DNA from: an uncultured Actinomycetes bacterium
GTDB lineage: Bacteria; Actinomycetota; Acidimicrobiia; Spongiisociales; DATADW01
DNA length: 64,000 bases
Reading direction: 5' to 3'
Assembly (NCBI GenBank): GCA_963824995.1
Contig: CAWGRK010000004.1
Coordinates: 1-64,000, forward strand
Both the position numbers and the translations under genes were made by a program. This document shows positions 60,934 to 64,000 of this stretch, piece after piece (the first letter of the stretch is position 1; each line of letters opens with the position of its first letter). The notes beneath the pieces are model-generated. The model had not been told where the DNA came from. It saw only the letters and a list, made by a program, of their open reading frames with translations, and searched no databases.

Positions 60934-63283
60934 TCACCGCATCAGGCGGAAGCGTCCCTCCAGCGGGTCGTGGTCGGCCGAGTGAAGCGGTGTGTCGGGG
61001 TCGAGGCCGAGCACGGCCGGCCACGACGAATTGATGTGGAGGATGTCGGCGGCGATGAAGCGGGTCAGCAGGGCCTGGCTCACCAGCATGTGGTCGAGCA
61101 CCTGGCTGTTGCCTTCGAAGATGAAGGTCCACCTATCCGCCGGCTTCTCGCGGAAGCACGAGGTTGGAGAGGGGCGGGCCGCCCTCGACTCCTTCGACGA
61201 TCGCAACCGGGTGGTCGGCGCCCTCCCCCGGCTCGGCGAAGGGGAAGTCGTTGAGGTCACCGGCCACCATCAGGAGAGCTTGCGGGTCTGCGGCGAGCAC
61301 CTCGTCCACATAACGGCGCACCGCCCGCGCCTGCGCCTTGCGCTGTTCCTCGGTGACCCGGACGGGAGGTTGGTTCACCCCGAACAACGGGTCGTCACCG
61401 CTCTTCGACTTGAAGTGATTGCCGACGATCGTGATCTCCCCAGCACCGACACTGAACCGGCCCACCAGTGGCTCACGGCCCGGGCTGGCGCTCGATGGCC
61501 CGAAGGCCGCCTCGACGTCCGGGCCGGATAGCTGGAACGCCTCGATGAGGCCGACCCGAGACGCGTCCCAGAGAAACCCGACCTCGATGCCTCGCACATC
61601 GCTGGTCTCGAACGAGGTGGCCACATAGTCGGTGCCGGCGGCGGCGTTGACCAGGTCGCCCAACTGCTGGAGGATCGTGGTGTTCTCCACTTCCTCGACC
61701 ACCAGGATCTCGGGCAGGCGCAACTCGACCTGAATCGCCGAGACGAGCTTGGCGAACTTGACCTCGAGTTCCTCGGGTGTCGGTGTGCTGTCGGTGTCGT
61801 CTTTCACCGGGTCGTCGACCAGGTCGAACAGGTTCTCCACGTTGAAGGTGGTGACGACGGTGTCTCCGGGCCCGCCTCCGCGTCGAGATTGCGGTCCGGA
61901 GGGGATGGGGCGCGGATCGACGTCGTACTCCACCGGCTGGAGCTTGTAGGTGCCAAACGAGTAGTCGACTACCCCCTCGATCGACCGGACCCTGTCGCCG
62001 GGCCGAACGACGATCGGATCGTCAAGGGTGAAATCGTCCACCAGAACCCGCTCGGGGTTGTAGTCGACCTGGTCGCCGCCGAGTGATCTGATGAGGATCT
62101 GCTTCACCGCGGGTACATAGCCCGAGCCGGGGCGGGCATCGCGCTGGGTGAGGAAGGCGAACTCGCCGAAGTCATTGGTGGGAGCGACGACCACCCCGGT
62201 ACGCGCCGATACGAACATCCCCTCGAGCGGCTCCCAGAATTCGATCCCCGCGGGTATCGAGACGTCAGGTAGATCGGTCAACGAGACCGGGGCAGGAAGC
62301 GGGTTGCCACTCGACTCGACCACCACCGCCGAGGGGTTGGCCAACCTGGTGAGAGGCAAGGCGTTGCCGAACTGCTGCTCTTCGACAGTTGCGGTGACGG
62401 TCACCATGTCCCCGGGGCGGGCGCCGAGCGCACCACCACCTGGAAGAAAGACGCCGTCGGATGTCGCCGGGTCACCATCGCCCACCGGGTCCTGGAGCCA
62501 GACGTCGTTTCCACCCGATGTGATCGCGGTGACGACTCCGCTGGTGGTGGCCACTTCTCCGGCGAACGGGGACCGTTCGCCATCACCTTGAATCTGGGGG
62601 ATCGTCAACGCGATGGGCGAGCAGCCATCGAACCCGCCCGGTGTTGGAGTGTTGTCTGGACCCAGGTCGAAGTCGGAGATGACCCAGTCCTCCGGCGTTT
62701 CGGTGTCGACACCGTCGGTCGATCTACGCGCACCGGCCGGGAAGAAGCTGCCGTCGGGACCGATAACCGGTGCCTCGAAGAAGAACGAGTCATCGATGCC
62801 ACCGTCGGTGAGAGCGACCGTGTCGAGAACCACCTCGGACCCGGTGACCATGCCCCCCGAGATCGAGCTTGTCTCCACCAGCGCGACGGTGAGCGAACTG
62901 TTCTCGAAGCTGTCGGTCCCGATGGCGTCATCGGGCGTGACGCCGTAGTGGATCGGCAAACCGCCGCAGTTGCCTATCAAGAAGAAGCCGTTGTCCCCGA
63001 CCGTCTGGAAGGGCAGGAAGTCGATGCGGCGGTCGATGGTCCCAGCGGCTCCGACGTCTCCCTCGACGACGATCAGCGACAGCCCCGTCAAGCTGTAGCC
63101 GGGGTCGCCGTACAACTCGACGTACTCGGTGTCATCGGTCCCGGTGTGACTGGCGAGGACCTCGTTGATCAGGACAGGGTCGCCGGTCGCAGCCGGCGCC
63201 AACGACGCCGGCAGGAGCGCCGCAACGACGGCAATCGCCGTCGTCGTCCATCCGAACCGTCGCCGAACCCCCTTGGAAACCAT
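60934..63283 (-). CDS. Secreted ExeM/NucH-like nuclease (lamin-tail, OB and EEP domains), frameshift near 61150
   Basis: VLINEV..EYVEL, TIPQIQG..SP, NPER, TFNVENLFD, NHFKSK, GDLND, LDHMLV, SADHDP. Confidence 0.85.
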
Positions 63284-63358
63284 GTGCCCTCCTGTGGCGG
63301 TCACATGGAGAAAGGTACCCCCGGGGTGCGACAACCGCACCGGGGCCAGTCTCGATGG

Positions 63359-64000
63359 TCAACCGGTGGCCAGAGCGGGTTGCTCCCCGGTCAGCGTCCC
63401 GAGACGGTTCTCGGCGGAAGCGGCGAGCGCCAGATGGGTCCGTCGCTCTTCTCCTTCCAGGGACAGTGCCGCCGCTTCAGCATGCAGCCGAGCAGCATCC
63501 CAGGTCAGCCCTCCAGCGTCGGCATAGGCAGCCCCCCGTCGGAAATGACGCCGAGCCGCAGAGGTGCGGTTCCTCAGGAGTTCATATCGCCCCTTGAAGA
63601 GCTGCACCCGCGCCCGGGCGAAGGGGAGTAGCAGCGCATACCGCCTCAGTCCGGAGAGAGACGACTTCAACTCGTCGAGCGCGCCGCTCTCACCGCCGGC
63701 GGCGAGCTTCGCCAAGGAGTCACACCAGGCCGTGTAGGAGGTGAGGTGGAGGAAGATGGGGGATGGTCGCAGCTCGCCGTTGGCTTCGACCAGAACCGGA
63801 CGCGAATCGTCGCTCCGCCCGACGGCTACGAGAGCCAGGGCTCGTGTGGTGAGGTGAAGTCCGAGAGCGATGCTGTCGGCTCTCTCCACGACCAAGGACG
63901 CCGCATCGCTGGAGCGGACCGCGCCGTCAACGTCGCCTGCATCGACCAGGAGAGGAACGAGAAGCGTCCTCGCCCAGGTCTCGTGCTGCGGTTGGTCCCG
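63359..64000 (-). CDS. C-terminal TPR-like helical region of a large protein, truncated by the window end
   Basis: Open Ala/Leu/Arg-rich helical frame (ARRHFRRGAAYA..GLTWDAARL); parent family not determinable. Confidence 0.5.
   Translation of the reverse strand, partial: RDQPQHETWARTLLVPLLVDAGDVDGAVRSSDAASLVVERADSIALGLHLTTRALALVAVGRSDDSRPVLVEANGELRPSPIFLHLTSYTAWCDSLAKLAAGGESGALDELKSSLSGLRRYALLLPFARARVQLFKGRYELLRNRTSAARRHFRRGAAYADAGGLTWDAARLHAEAAALSLEGEERRTHLALAASAENRLGTLTGEQPALATG

Overview
High-GC actinobacterial chromosomal segment; gene content and style suggest Acidimicrobiia, which is an inference. It is mostly core and metabolic genes: selA-selB, whiB, ask-asd, murJ, mce-thiolase-glpX, dnaX-ebfC-recR, a Zur-type zinc ABC locus, class II RNR nrdJ, dGTPase and tRNA-Pro(CGG). 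Accessory blocks are a giant S8/Kelch secreted protease, a sugar ABC locus with a secreted Cgs/beta-1,2-glucanase-clan enzyme, an Fn3-GH39 and a decayed LacI, tandem M23 peptidases, a post-tRNA block of oddities, an LLM/dehydrogenase/cupin/hydratase operon and a DUF2330-cupredoxin pair. Many genes carry small frameshifting indels, dense at 1-8 kb and essentially absent from 29-55 kb, most likely long-read consensus errors. I found no CRISPR array, integrase, transposase, prophage or recognisable defence system. The best candidates for undescribed biology are the putative beta-1,2-glucan locus, the DUF2330-cupredoxin pair, the four-gene catabolic operon and several intergenic palindromic/tandem repeat elements. 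All family assignments are from motif recognition, not database searches.
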